Shown here: in pieces, positions 9,083-18,609 of the stretch
How the letters are laid out: every line of letters starts with the position of its first letter
How positions within the stretch are numbered: the first letter of the stretch is position 1
Assembly: GCA_031414535.1 (NCBI GenBank)
Contig: JANNVQ010000054.1
Coordinates: 1 to 64,000, forward strand
Source of the DNA: Gemmatimonas sp.
GTDB taxonomy: Bacteria > Gemmatimonadota > Gemmatimonadetes > Gemmatimonadales > Gemmatimonadaceae
DNA length: 64,000 nucleotides
Reading direction: 5' to 3'
Position numbers and translations under genes: made by a program
Notes under the pieces: generated by a model
Told to the model about the DNA's origin: nothing
The model's database searches: none
Seen by the model: only the letters and a program-made list of their open reading frames with translations

Positions 9083-10198
9083 CTATAACGAAGGAATCGA
9101 CCCGAGGGTCGTTCCGGGAAAATACGTCCGAAGAATGGTCCGGGCACTCTGCCCCGCCCGGGCTCTGCCGATGGCACCCCACTGGCACATCCCCACGCCG
9201 TGTCCGTAACCGTTTCCTTGCAGCACGACGCGCGTGATGTTGGCCGAGGTGCCCTCGACGCTGACTGAAAAATAGGAGCTCGGCAGAGCCTCGCCACTGG
9301 GCGTCCGGAGAACGTTGCGGGCGTCGTTGCCACCCACGTCAAAGGTTCCGCGGCTGCTGCGCAGCTCGAGGACCTTCACCCGGCCGCTGGGGAAACGTTC
9401 CGCCACGCGGAGGGCCTGGACCTCGCCCGGGCCGCCGCTGGGCACCCGCGTGATACTGCCCAGATAGCGCGAGACCACCTGATTTAGCTCGGCGCCGCTC
9501 AGATTTCGCTCCCAGAAAAAGCGCGGAGCGATGTCGCAGTAGAAGCGCTCGCTGCGGCCCGGGATGCGGTCGGACACCCGTTGGAGATAGGGCTCGCCTG
9601 CAGACCGCCAGGCTTCCTGTGCGAGGGCCGTTTCACCGCCGCAGGCCGAGGAGTACGGCGCGGTGATGACCCGATTGCCGTAGCGCAGCACGACGCCCCG
9701 CGTCACCTCTACGGCCGCGGAGGCATTGGGGCGTTCGGCATCGGCGCCGCCGTAGACTTGATCCGCGGTGGAAGGCACGAGGTCAAAATGCTCGCTGCGC
9801 CCTCGGCCAGCCTTCGCGGCGATGAGGCGCGAAACCGCGTACGAGCGTGCCGCGATGGCCTGCGCCTCAAGGGCCGCGCGCTCTGCAGAGGGTCGCTCAC
9901 CTAACTCGAGCGGCACCACACCCTTCAAGTACTGGTCCAGGGGTAGGACGTTCACCACAAGAACCCCAGAATCGGTGTTCACGGCGCGCAGGATGCCGCG
10001 GTAGCGCTTGTTCTTGAACCGTACGAGGTTCGAGCCCTCAGGCATCAGCCGCTCGGGGACCTCACTGCGCGGCACCACGCCGAGGGCGACGCGCACGGCG
10101 GGGTCAGTGCGGGAGCTTCCGCGAGGTGAGGGGCCGAAGCAGCCCGCCACGAGCGCGACGAGCAGGGCGGCCCAAGGGAGCGCCGCCGAGCGTTTCAC
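9083..10198 (-). CDS. SpoIID/LytB domain lipoprotein (lytic transglycosylase family)
   Basis: Lipobox LVAGC, YLKGVVPLE, ALEAQAIAARSY, DQVYGG, GYGHGVGMCQWGA. Confidence 0.9.
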   Translation of the reverse strand: MKRSAALPWAALLVALVAGCFGPSPRGSSRTDPAVRVALGVVPRSEVPERLMPEGSNLVRFKNKRYRGILRAVNTDSGVLVVNVLPLDQYLKGVVPLELGERPSAERAALEAQAIAARSYAVSRLIAAKAGRGRSEHFDLVPSTADQVYGGADAERPNASAAVEVTRGVVLRYGNRVITAPYSSACGGETALAQEAWRSAGEPYLQRVSDRIPGRSERFYCDIAPRFFWERNLSGAELNQVVSRYLGSITRVPSGGPGEVQALRVAERFPSGRVKVLELRSSRGTFDVGGNDARNVLRTPSGEALPSSYFSVSVEGTSANITRVVLQGNGYGHGVGMCQWGAIGRARAGQSARTILRTYFPGTTLGSIPSL

Positions 10199-11589
10199 CG
10201 ACCGAAGCTCCCCATGGTGCTGCTCATCATGGGGAGAGCGCGCGCGCGCGCGGCAGCAGCAGGCGGCGTGGCGACGGGGATCAGCACGCGCTTGAAGGAG
10301 GCCGTGAAGTCGTAGTCATCCACCACTTCCTCGACCAAGACCTCGACGATGGTCCCGGCGGGCTCGTCGGTGTCAATCCAAGTCACGCCATCAATGTCAT
10401 CGGCCTGCCACGGGAGCCGCGCGCGGGCCGGCGAGTCCGCCGTCGCCGATGCCTCAATGAGCGCAGGAGCAACCGTACCGATGCGCGATTCGTAACGCTC
10501 GGCCGTAATGTGGCGCTGAAGTTCCTGCAGAATCTCCAGGCGCTGAAGCTTGACGCTCTCGGGCACATCATCCTCGAGCAAAGCGCCGCGCGTGCCTTCT
10601 TGCGGGGAGTACGTGAAGACCCCGACGCGCTCGAACTGAATCTCCTGCAGAAAATCCACGAGTTGCTGGAAATCCTCTTCCGTCTCGCCCGGGAATCCGA
10701 CGATGCAGGTGGTGCGAATCGCCACACCCGGAACAGCGTCGCGGAACTTCGCGACCTTCTCCCGAATGGTCTTCTGGCGCTCCGGCCGTCGCATGCGCTC
10801 GAGCACGGAATCGCTAGCGTGCTGAATGGGCATGTCGAGATACGGCAGGATGCGCGGTTCCCGCGCAATGACCTCCAACAGCCGCGGCGAGATGCCGGAC
10901 GAGTAGAGGTACATATTGCGAATCCACGGAATGGATGTCTCGCGCACTAAGGCCTCGAGCAGCTCCGGCAAGCGCACGGACGCATCGCGCAGATCGCGAC
11001 CGTAGTGCGCGAGGTCCTGGGCCACGAGGTTCACCTCACGCGCGCCCTGCAACTCGAGCAGCTGTGCTTCCTTGACAATCTCATCGGGCGCGAACGAGCG
11101 GTGCTTTCCGCGCATGAGAGGAATCGCGCAAAACGCGCAGCCGTGATCGCAGCCTTCACTGACCTTCAAGTAGCGCACGTGCGGCGTGTCGCCCGCGTGA
11201 ATGCGGACGCCCGGATGCTGTACGATGGGATCGCCGAGGAGGCCGCGCTCGCGCAGCTTGGGCACGAGCTGTTCAGTCTCGGATGCGCCGAGGAAGAAGT
11301 CCACTTCCGGCAACGCGGCGATGAGTTCGTCCTTGTGCCTCTCCACCATGCAACCCACCGCCACCACGGCTTGCGCGGCACCATCGCTCTTCAAGCGTCC
11401 TGCGGCGACGATGGCATCGATGCTCTCCGCCTTGGCCGCGTCAATGAATCCGCAGGTGTTGACGATGATGAGTTCTGCCAACTCGGCGTCGTCCACCTGC
11501 TCCGCACCGTGGTCTAGGAGCTGCGCGAGATAGCGCTCCGAGTCCACCGTGTTCTTGTCGCAGCCCAGCGTGACGAGCTTCACTCTCAT
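10195..11589 (-). CDS. rimO: Ribosomal protein S12 methylthiotransferase
   Basis: TLGCDKNTVDSE, NTCGFI, radical-SAM CDHGCAFC motif, IVGFPGET, ADDIDG. Confidence 0.93.
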   Translation of the reverse strand: MRVKLVTLGCDKNTVDSERYLAQLLDHGAEQVDDAELAELIIVNTCGFIDAAKAESIDAIVAAGRLKSDGAAQAVVAVGCMVERHKDELIAALPEVDFFLGASETEQLVPKLRERGLLGDPIVQHPGVRIHAGDTPHVRYLKVSEGCDHGCAFCAIPLMRGKHRSFAPDEIVKEAQLLELQGAREVNLVAQDLAHYGRDLRDASVRLPELLEALVRETSIPWIRNMYLYSSGISPRLLEVIAREPRILPYLDMPIQHASDSVLERMRRPERQKTIREKVAKFRDAVPGVAIRTTCIVGFPGETEEDFQQLVDFLQEIQFERVGVFTYSPQEGTRGALLEDDVPESVKLQRLEILQELQRHITAERYESRIGTVAPALIEASATADSPARARLPWQADDIDGVTWIDTDEPAGTIVEVLVEEVVDDYDFTASFKRVLIPVATPPAAAARARALPMMSSTMGSFGR

Positions 11590-12089
11590 CGATAGTTGCC
11601 GAAAGAAAGGGCCACCTTGAAGTCCTCGGTACGGAGGAAAGCCATGACGGACTGCAGTTCATCACGATCGGGAGCGGCCACGCGCACCGTATCGCCTTGG
11701 ATGGAGGCCTGCACCTTCTTGAACTTCTGCTCCTTGATGGCCGCGACGACCTTCTTGCAGGTCTCGGCGTCGAGGGCCTGCTTGAGCTTGATGTCGCGGT
11801 GCCAAGTATCGCCGCCGCCGGGAATCGGCTCACCGGCGTCGAGATTCTGTACGGGCACACCGCGCTTGATAAGCTTGGATTGCAGGATGTCCCACATGGC
11901 ACGCAGGCGCATGTCGGTGTCGCTTGAGAGCTTCACGAGCCCGTCCGTGCGCTTGAACTCCACGGTCGCCAGCTTGGCGTCCTTGAAGTCATAGCGCTGC
12001 GCGATCTCCTTGGACGCCTGGTTGACGGCGTTGTCCACTTCTTGGAGGTCAACGTTTGTGGTGATGTCGAAGCTGGCGTCTTTGGCCAT
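11586..12089 (-). CDS. yajQ: YajQ family nucleotide/c-di-GMP-binding protein
   Basis: SFDI...DLQEVDNAVNQ, QRYDFK, KVQASIQGD, C-terminal FGNYR. Confidence 0.93.
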   Translation of the reverse strand: MAKDASFDITTNVDLQEVDNAVNQASKEIAQRYDFKDAKLATVEFKRTDGLVKLSSDTDMRLRAMWDILQSKLIKRGVPVQNLDAGEPIPGGGDTWHRDIKLKQALDAETCKKVVAAIKEQKFKKVQASIQGDTVRVAAPDRDELQSVMAFLRTEDFKVALSFGNYR

Positions 12090-12093
12090 GGGA

Positions 12094-12255
12094 TCGGACG
12101 GATGACGGATGACGGATGCTAGGGCATCCGGCTAGCCTGAAATCTCGCCTGTTTCGCGGGCCGAAACCACCTCAAAACGCAGAGTGGCGCGCTGGGTTCA
12201 GCCCCTGCGCGCCACAAGCATCCATCCTCCGTCCTCCGTCATCCGTCATCCGTCC
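12094..12255. repeat. GACGGAT heptamer inverted-repeat element, copy 2
   Basis: Perfect 21-bp inverted repeat (12096-12116 / 12235-12255) with extra degenerate heptamers and an internal GC hairpin at about 12184-12214. Confidence 0.9.
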
Positions 12256-12260
12256 AGAAC

Positions 12261-13130
12261 TCACTCCCCCAGGTAGCTCTCCAGAGCTCGGGCCCTCGAA
12301 ACGTGCCGCAATCGCGACAACGCCTTCTCCTTAATCTGCCGCACGCGCTCGCGCGTGATGTTCAGCACCGCACCAATCTGCTCGAGCGTCATTGGCTCGG
12401 AGCCATCGAGCCCGAAATACAAGCGGAGAATCTTGCTCTCACGCTCCTTCAAGCCGGCCAGCGCCTGGTGCACCGATTCCGCGAGTGCCTTCTCAAAGGT
12501 CTCCTCATCGGGTGACGCGCTTTCGGTATCGGGGATGTAATCGAGGAGGCGATTGTCCTCGCCGGGCGCCATCGGCGCGTCGAGGGACACGTGGATCTGG
12601 GAGATCGCCATCGTCTTGGCGACTTCCTCCTCGGTAATCTCCATGCCTTCGGCAATCTCAGCGTGCGTGGCCTCACGGCCGAGTTCCTGGAGCAAGGCGC
12701 TCGCGCGCTTGCCAATTTTATGCAGGGTCCCGGCGCGATTCAGCGGCACGCGCACGATGCGGCTTTGCTCGGCCAAGGCCTGCAGGATGGCCTGACGGAT
12801 CCACCACACGGCGTAGGAAATGAACTTGATGCCCTTGGTCTCGTCGAACTTGTGCGCGGCGCGGATGAGGCCGAGGTTGCCCTCGTTGATGAGGTCCGAG
12901 AGGTTCACACCCTGATTCTGGTACTTCTTGGCCACGCTCACGACGAAGCGCAGGTTGCTACGCACAAGAGTATCGAGCGCTTCTTGATCGCTGGTGCGAA
13001 TGCGCTGGGCGAGGCGGACCTCTTCCTCCCGGGAAATCAGCGGAAACACGCTGATGTCGCGGAGGTACTGATCGAGCGACCCCTCGTCATACCCGATCTT
13101 CTTCTTGTTGTGATGCGATGCGCCAGCCAT
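12261..13130 (-). CDS. Sigma70 factor, RpoD/SigA-like, lacking region 1.1
   Basis: SLDQYLRDI, NLRFVVSVAKKY, DLINEGNLGL, KFISYAVWWIRQ, TRERVRQI. ATG at 13130 follows GGAG. Confidence 0.9.
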   Translation of the reverse strand: MAGASHHNKKKIGYDEGSLDQYLRDISVFPLISREEEVRLAQRIRTSDQEALDTLVRSNLRFVVSVAKKYQNQGVNLSDLINEGNLGLIRAAHKFDETKGIKFISYAVWWIRQAILQALAEQSRIVRVPLNRAGTLHKIGKRASALLQELGREATHAEIAEGMEITEEEVAKTMAISQIHVSLDAPMAPGEDNRLLDYIPDTESASPDEETFEKALAESVHQALAGLKERESKILRLYFGLDGSEPMTLEQIGAVLNITRERVRQIKEKALSRLRHVSRARALESYLGE

Positions 13131-13221
13131 CCATCGTCTCCCGGGGGTGATGCGGTCCAACGGCTACGCGCAGAATGTGTAGTGCGGACTGCGCGGAGGG
13201 AAGCACCCCTCAGCACTGCTC

Positions 13222-14025
13222 TCAGTGGATCACGTCACCCAAGCGCTGCCAACGGACGCGGCGCAGCCAATCGAAGGTTTGGGCGCTGTCTGGCTCATAG
13301 CTGTAATACACGAACAGGGGACTTCCCCGCATGAGCGAATCGGGAACAAAACCCCAGTAGCGGCTGTCGAGGGAGTTGTCGCGATTATCGCCGAGTACGA
13401 AGTAGTGCTCGCGAGGGACACAGAGTGGTCCCCAATCATTGCGGGTGGGATTATATCCCCGCGCGCCGGCATCCGCGGTGAGATAATCACGCTGCCAGCG
13501 GAATTCATCGCTCGACGGTTCGCGCGCCGGAATACTGCGGAGCGCAAAGGGCTCCAACTGTTCGGCGCCGTTGCGCCACAGCACGCCGCCGCGCATCTCG
13601 AGGGTGTCGCCAGGAAGGCCGACGAGGCGTTTCACGAAATGCTTTTGCTGATCTTCGGGCCACTGAAATACCACAACATCGCCGAGGCCCGGGGGGCGCA
13701 CAGCCGGAAGCCGCTTCTCGAGCAGCGGCACCTCGGCGCCGTAGACCAATTTGTTCACGAGGAGGAAGTCGCCCACGAGCAGCGTGCCTTCCATTGATCC
13801 ACTGGGAATCTTGAACGCCTCGACGAGGAAGGCGCGGACCAAGAGAAAGAGGATGATGGCCAACTGCAAGGACTTGGCCCATTCCCACGTGGCACGCAAC
13901 ATGCGAAAGCGCGCCTTGTACACGGGAGCCGGAGCTGGCTCGGTGGAGACGGCGATGGGCTGCGCCTCCGGCGAGGCCTCGTAGGCTCCAGACGCATCGT
14001 TATCGTGCGAGTCGAGTTCCGTCAT
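13222..14025 (-). CDS. lepB: Signal peptidase I
   Basis: IPSGSM catalytic Ser, FVKR catalytic Lys, GDNRDNSLDSRYWG. Confidence 0.92.
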   Translation of the reverse strand: MTELDSHDNDASGAYEASPEAQPIAVSTEPAPAPVYKARFRMLRATWEWAKSLQLAIILFLLVRAFLVEAFKIPSGSMEGTLLVGDFLLVNKLVYGAEVPLLEKRLPAVRPPGLGDVVVFQWPEDQQKHFVKRLVGLPGDTLEMRGGVLWRNGAEQLEPFALRSIPAREPSSDEFRWQRDYLTADAGARGYNPTRNDWGPLCVPREHYFVLGDNRDNSLDSRYWGFVPDSLMRGSPLFVYYSYEPDSAQTFDWLRRVRWQRLGDVIH

Positions 14026-14077
14026 TGCGCATCCCCCCTAGACGGATTGAAGTACGCCTGACGGCCTCGCAAGGGCA

Positions 14078-14234
14078 AGGAGCGAGGAGCGAAAAGCGAG
14101 GTTGAAAAGCGAAGTACTGAAGCGCGAGGGGCAAAGGTGCGAAGGACCGAAATGGAATTCTCCTTCGTCCCTTCTTCCCTTGTCCCCTCGCTCTTCACGA
14201 CTTCGCTCTTCGCTTTTTCGCTCTTCGCTCTTCG
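14078..14234. repeat. GAGCGAA/TTCGCTC heptamer imperfect inverted-repeat element
   Basis: Purine-rich left arm (GAGCGAG GAGCGAA AAGCGAG) and pyrimidine-rich right arm (TTCGCTC repeats) fill most of the lepB-ALDH intergenic gap. Confidence 0.8.
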
Positions 14235-14238
14235 TTAT

Positions 14239-15720
14239 TCAATAGTTATCAATTTGGGCCCGCTGAAGAGCCCCACTGTAGTCCACATAGCCCACCTTGG
14301 TCTCGGAGTAGAACTCGTAGACTTCCCAGCCGCCTTCGCGGTGGCCGTTGCCGGTTTGCTTCACGCCGCCGAAGGGCAGGTGCGCCTCGGCACCAATGGT
14401 GGGCGCGTTGATGTAGGTGATGCCGTTGTCCAGCGATTGCAGGGCTTGGAACGCGAGGTTCACATCCTGCGTGTACAGCGAGCTGGAGAGGCCGTACTTC
14501 ACCCCGTTGTTCACCTGGAAGGCCTCGGCGGCGTCCTTCACGCGAATCACCGAGAGCACCGGGCCGAAGATTTCTTCCTGATCGAGACGCGAGCCTGCCT
14601 TCACGCCGGTGAAAATGGTCGGCTCGAAGAAGAATCCCTTGGACAGGTCGCCGCCGGTGGCACGACGGCCACCGAGCGCCAGGGTGGCGCCTTCGGTGAG
14701 CCCGATCTCTACGTAGCGTTCGATTTTGGCAATCGAGTCGGCGTGAATTACGGGCCCCACATCGGTGCCGGCCTTGCGACCGTCGCCAAGCTTTAAGGTC
14801 TTCGCGCGCGCGACGAGCATCGCAATGAACTTGTCGTGAATGCCGTCTTGCAGGATGAGGCGGCTCGTTGCGGTGCAACGCTGACCCGTGGTGCCGAAGG
14901 CCCCCCAGAGCACGCCGTCCAGCGCGAGCTCGAGCTTGGCATCGTCGAGGACGATCTGCGCATTCTTCCCGCCCATTTCCAGCGAGAGACGCTTGTGCAT
15001 GCGGCCGCAGGTCTCGCCAACCTTGCTACCGGTCTCGGTGGAGCCCGTGAAGGACACGAGCGCAACGTCCGGATGCTCAACGATTGCCGCGCCTACGGCT
15101 CCGTCGCCGTGTACGAGCTGAATCACCTCGGGCGGCAGGCCGGCTTCGAGCAAAATCTCGACGAACACGTGCCCAGTGTGCGGCACATCCTCGGCGGGCT
15201 TGAACACTACCGCGTTACCGCACACAAGCGCAGGGAAAATCTTCCACGTGGGAATCGCCAGCGGGAAATTGAACGGCGTGATAATGCCGGCTACGCCGAT
15301 GGGGCGCCGGAAGGACATCGCCCACTTGTTCTTGAGCTCGCTGGGCACCGTGTGGCCGAAGAGACGACGGCCCTCCGTGGCGGCGTAGAAGGCCGTATCA
15401 ATGCCCTCCTGCACGTCACCACGGGTCTCGGCGAGGGGCTTGCCCATCTCGCGGGTCATCAGGTCCGCGAGTTCTTCCTTACGGGCAATCATAATCTCGC
15501 CGACACGGCGCAGTACGTCGCCGCGAGCCGGCGCCGGCATACGCGTCCAGAGTTCGAAGCCACGCTTTGCCGATTCCACGGCCTTCGTGACGTCTGCTGC
15601 GGCAGAAAGCGGAAAGCGGCCAACGATATCGCTGGTGTCGGCCGGATTGACGTTATCGAAGTGCTTGCCGGTGGACGGATCCACCCACGCCCCGGCGATG
15701 AAATTCTGGAAGGTCTTCAT
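14239..15720 (-). CDS. Aldehyde dehydrogenase family protein
   Basis: ITPFNFP, FTGS, LEMGGKN, GQRCTA, EEIFGP, PFGGVK. Start taken as ATG 15720 (MKTFQNFI). Confidence 0.93.
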   Translation of the reverse strand: MKTFQNFIAGAWVDPSTGKHFDNVNPADTSDIVGRFPLSAAADVTKAVESAKRGFELWTRMPAPARGDVLRRVGEIMIARKEELADLMTREMGKPLAETRGDVQEGIDTAFYAATEGRRLFGHTVPSELKNKWAMSFRRPIGVAGIITPFNFPLAIPTWKIFPALVCGNAVVFKPAEDVPHTGHVFVEILLEAGLPPEVIQLVHGDGAVGAAIVEHPDVALVSFTGSTETGSKVGETCGRMHKRLSLEMGGKNAQIVLDDAKLELALDGVLWGAFGTTGQRCTATSRLILQDGIHDKFIAMLVARAKTLKLGDGRKAGTDVGPVIHADSIAKIERYVEIGLTEGATLALGGRRATGGDLSKGFFFEPTIFTGVKAGSRLDQEEIFGPVLSVIRVKDAAEAFQVNNGVKYGLSSSLYTQDVNLAFQALQSLDNGITYINAPTIGAEAHLPFGGVKQTGNGHREGGWEVYEFYSETKVGYVDYSGALQRAQIDNY

Positions 15721-15736
15721 CTTGGGAAATCTAAGC

Positions 15737-16200
15737 TCAGCTACAGGTCCAAGCCGCCGGGTGCTCGAGTGTGGGCTTGGCGTATCCGATCCTCGGCAGC
15801 ACGTCGAGCGCCGCGAGCACGAGGCCCCAGAGCACGAGCAGGAGGGCCAGTGTGTGGGCCCTGCCCGCGCGATGCTTGAACGTCCACGCGGCGCTCCACG
15901 CGCCCGAGACGATGACGGCGGATACGGCGCCCAGGTAGCCCGCGAGTCCCATGCCGCAGCGATTCGCGTAGGGCCAGAAGATGATCCCAACGCCAACCGC
16001 CACGGCCAACGTGAGGCGGGCATAGACGCCGAAGTTGGTGGTGGCCGGCGCTGGCATCCCCATCGGCGCGGCAGATGGTGCGACGCCAGGCGCGAGGCTG
16101 GGCGCGGCGCTTAGGCGTGGCGCCGGAGCGACGGGACGGCTCGTCGACTTCGCCATCTCGGCGTCAATCTTTGCCAATTCCTTATCCCAGTCGCGATCGC

Positions 16201-16204
<4 letters not shown>
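15737..16204 (-). CDS. Hypothetical membrane protein
   Basis: About 3 TM segments, N-terminal DWDKELAKID, ATGA overlap with the upstream regulator. Confidence 0.7.
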
Positions 16205-17576
<1,372 letters not shown>

Positions 17577-17580
<4 letters not shown>

Positions 17581-17714
17581 AGCACTCTCTGAATGATGGG
17601 CGGCAAATGCGGTTTCACCTTGGGAATCCAGTAGTCCTTGGTGGCGAAGCCCACGGCGCCAATCAGGATGAAAAGGATAGCACAGCCAACGCGTCCAATA
17701 AGACCGAAGAACAT
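17577..17714 (-). CDS. 45-aa single-TM small protein (not in the ORF track)
   Basis: MFFGLIGRVGCAILFILIGAVGFATKDYWIPKVKPHLPPIIQRVL. TGATG overlap with larE and GTGA overlap with the regulator. Confidence 0.7.
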
Positions 17715-18589
17715 CACAGTGCTCCTGGCACGCCAGCCAAGATGTTGAGGGCGCCGGAGCGGAAGCCCTTGGGATCAATCTCTACGTCCGTGAAGCCAGC
17801 CGAACGTACTGCAACTTCAATTTGGGAGCGCTGGGGCTCCGCCATCCACTGCGCGAGCTCGGCGCGTGCCATCTCTACCTTCCCCGTCTCACCAAAGTGC
17901 CGCACGCGCAGGTCACCCTGCACACCGAGTACTCGCAAGGCCGCCTCGGCGCGTTCAACCATCGCGAGGCGCTCGGCGGTCACGGCCGTGCCATAGGGCA
18001 GTCGCGAGGACAGGCAGGGCGAAGATGGTTGCGCCCAGGTGGGAATGCCGCGTGCCTGGCTCAACGCACGAATCTCCGCCTTGGTGAATCCCAACTCCGC
18101 GAGCGGAGACAGCACTCCCTGCTCACGCGCAGCCTTGGCGCCCGGGCGGTGGTCGTGCAGATCATCGGCATTGGTGCCATCAACGATTGCGCTCAAGCCA
18201 CGCGCGTCGGCGACCGGTGCCAGCTTGGTCCAGAGCTCGCTCTTGCAGAAGTAGCAACGATTGGTGGGATTCGCGGCGTAGCGGGGGTCATTCATCTCAT
18301 CCGTGTCCACTTCAAACACGGGTACGCCAAAGCGCTCGGCGACACCGCGGGCCATCTCCCACTGCGCAGCCGGATACGAGGCGCTGCGACCGATCACGGC
18401 GAGCATGCTACCGGGGCCCAGGGCATCGAGAGCCACGCAAGCGAGATACGCCGAGTCCACCCCGCCAGAAAAACCGACAAGCACGGAGCCGCGGCGACGG
18501 AGCCATGCGAGTAGCTGCGCTTCCTTAGCGCGCAGTTCCGCACTGAGCGTGTGGTCGCCCTGTGGCGAGGTGGAGGCGTCAATCATCAC
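17714..18589 (-). CDS. larE: LarE family ATP-dependent sulfur transferase
   Basis: PP-loop FSGGVDS, NRCYFCK, DGTNADD..DHRPG, SPCLSSR, GFRSGALN. Confidence 0.88.
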   Translation of the reverse strand: MMIDASTSPQGDHTLSAELRAKEAQLLAWLRRRGSVLVGFSGGVDSAYLACVALDALGPGSMLAVIGRSASYPAAQWEMARGVAERFGVPVFEVDTDEMNDPRYAANPTNRCYFCKSELWTKLAPVADARGLSAIVDGTNADDLHDHRPGAKAAREQGVLSPLAELGFTKAEIRALSQARGIPTWAQPSSPCLSSRLPYGTAVTAERLAMVERAEAALRVLGVQGDLRVRHFGETGKVEMARAELAQWMAEPQRSQIEVAVRSAGFTDVEIDPKGFRSGALNILAGVPGAL

Positions 18590-18609
18590 GCCAGTAAACT
18601 AGCCCCGAG

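Noticed and set aside
12090..12260. Repeats considered as a CRISPR array
   Set aside because: They are 7-nt tandem units in inverted arms, with no repeat-spacer periodicity and no cas genes.
14137..14796. ORF with a hydrophobic SLF-repeat N-terminus
   Set aside because: It is a translation of the TTCGCTC repeat plus the antisense strand of ALDH.
15721..16023. ORF-track N-terminal extension of ALDH
   Set aside because: It overlaps the membrane-protein gene; ALDH homology begins at MKTFQ (15720).
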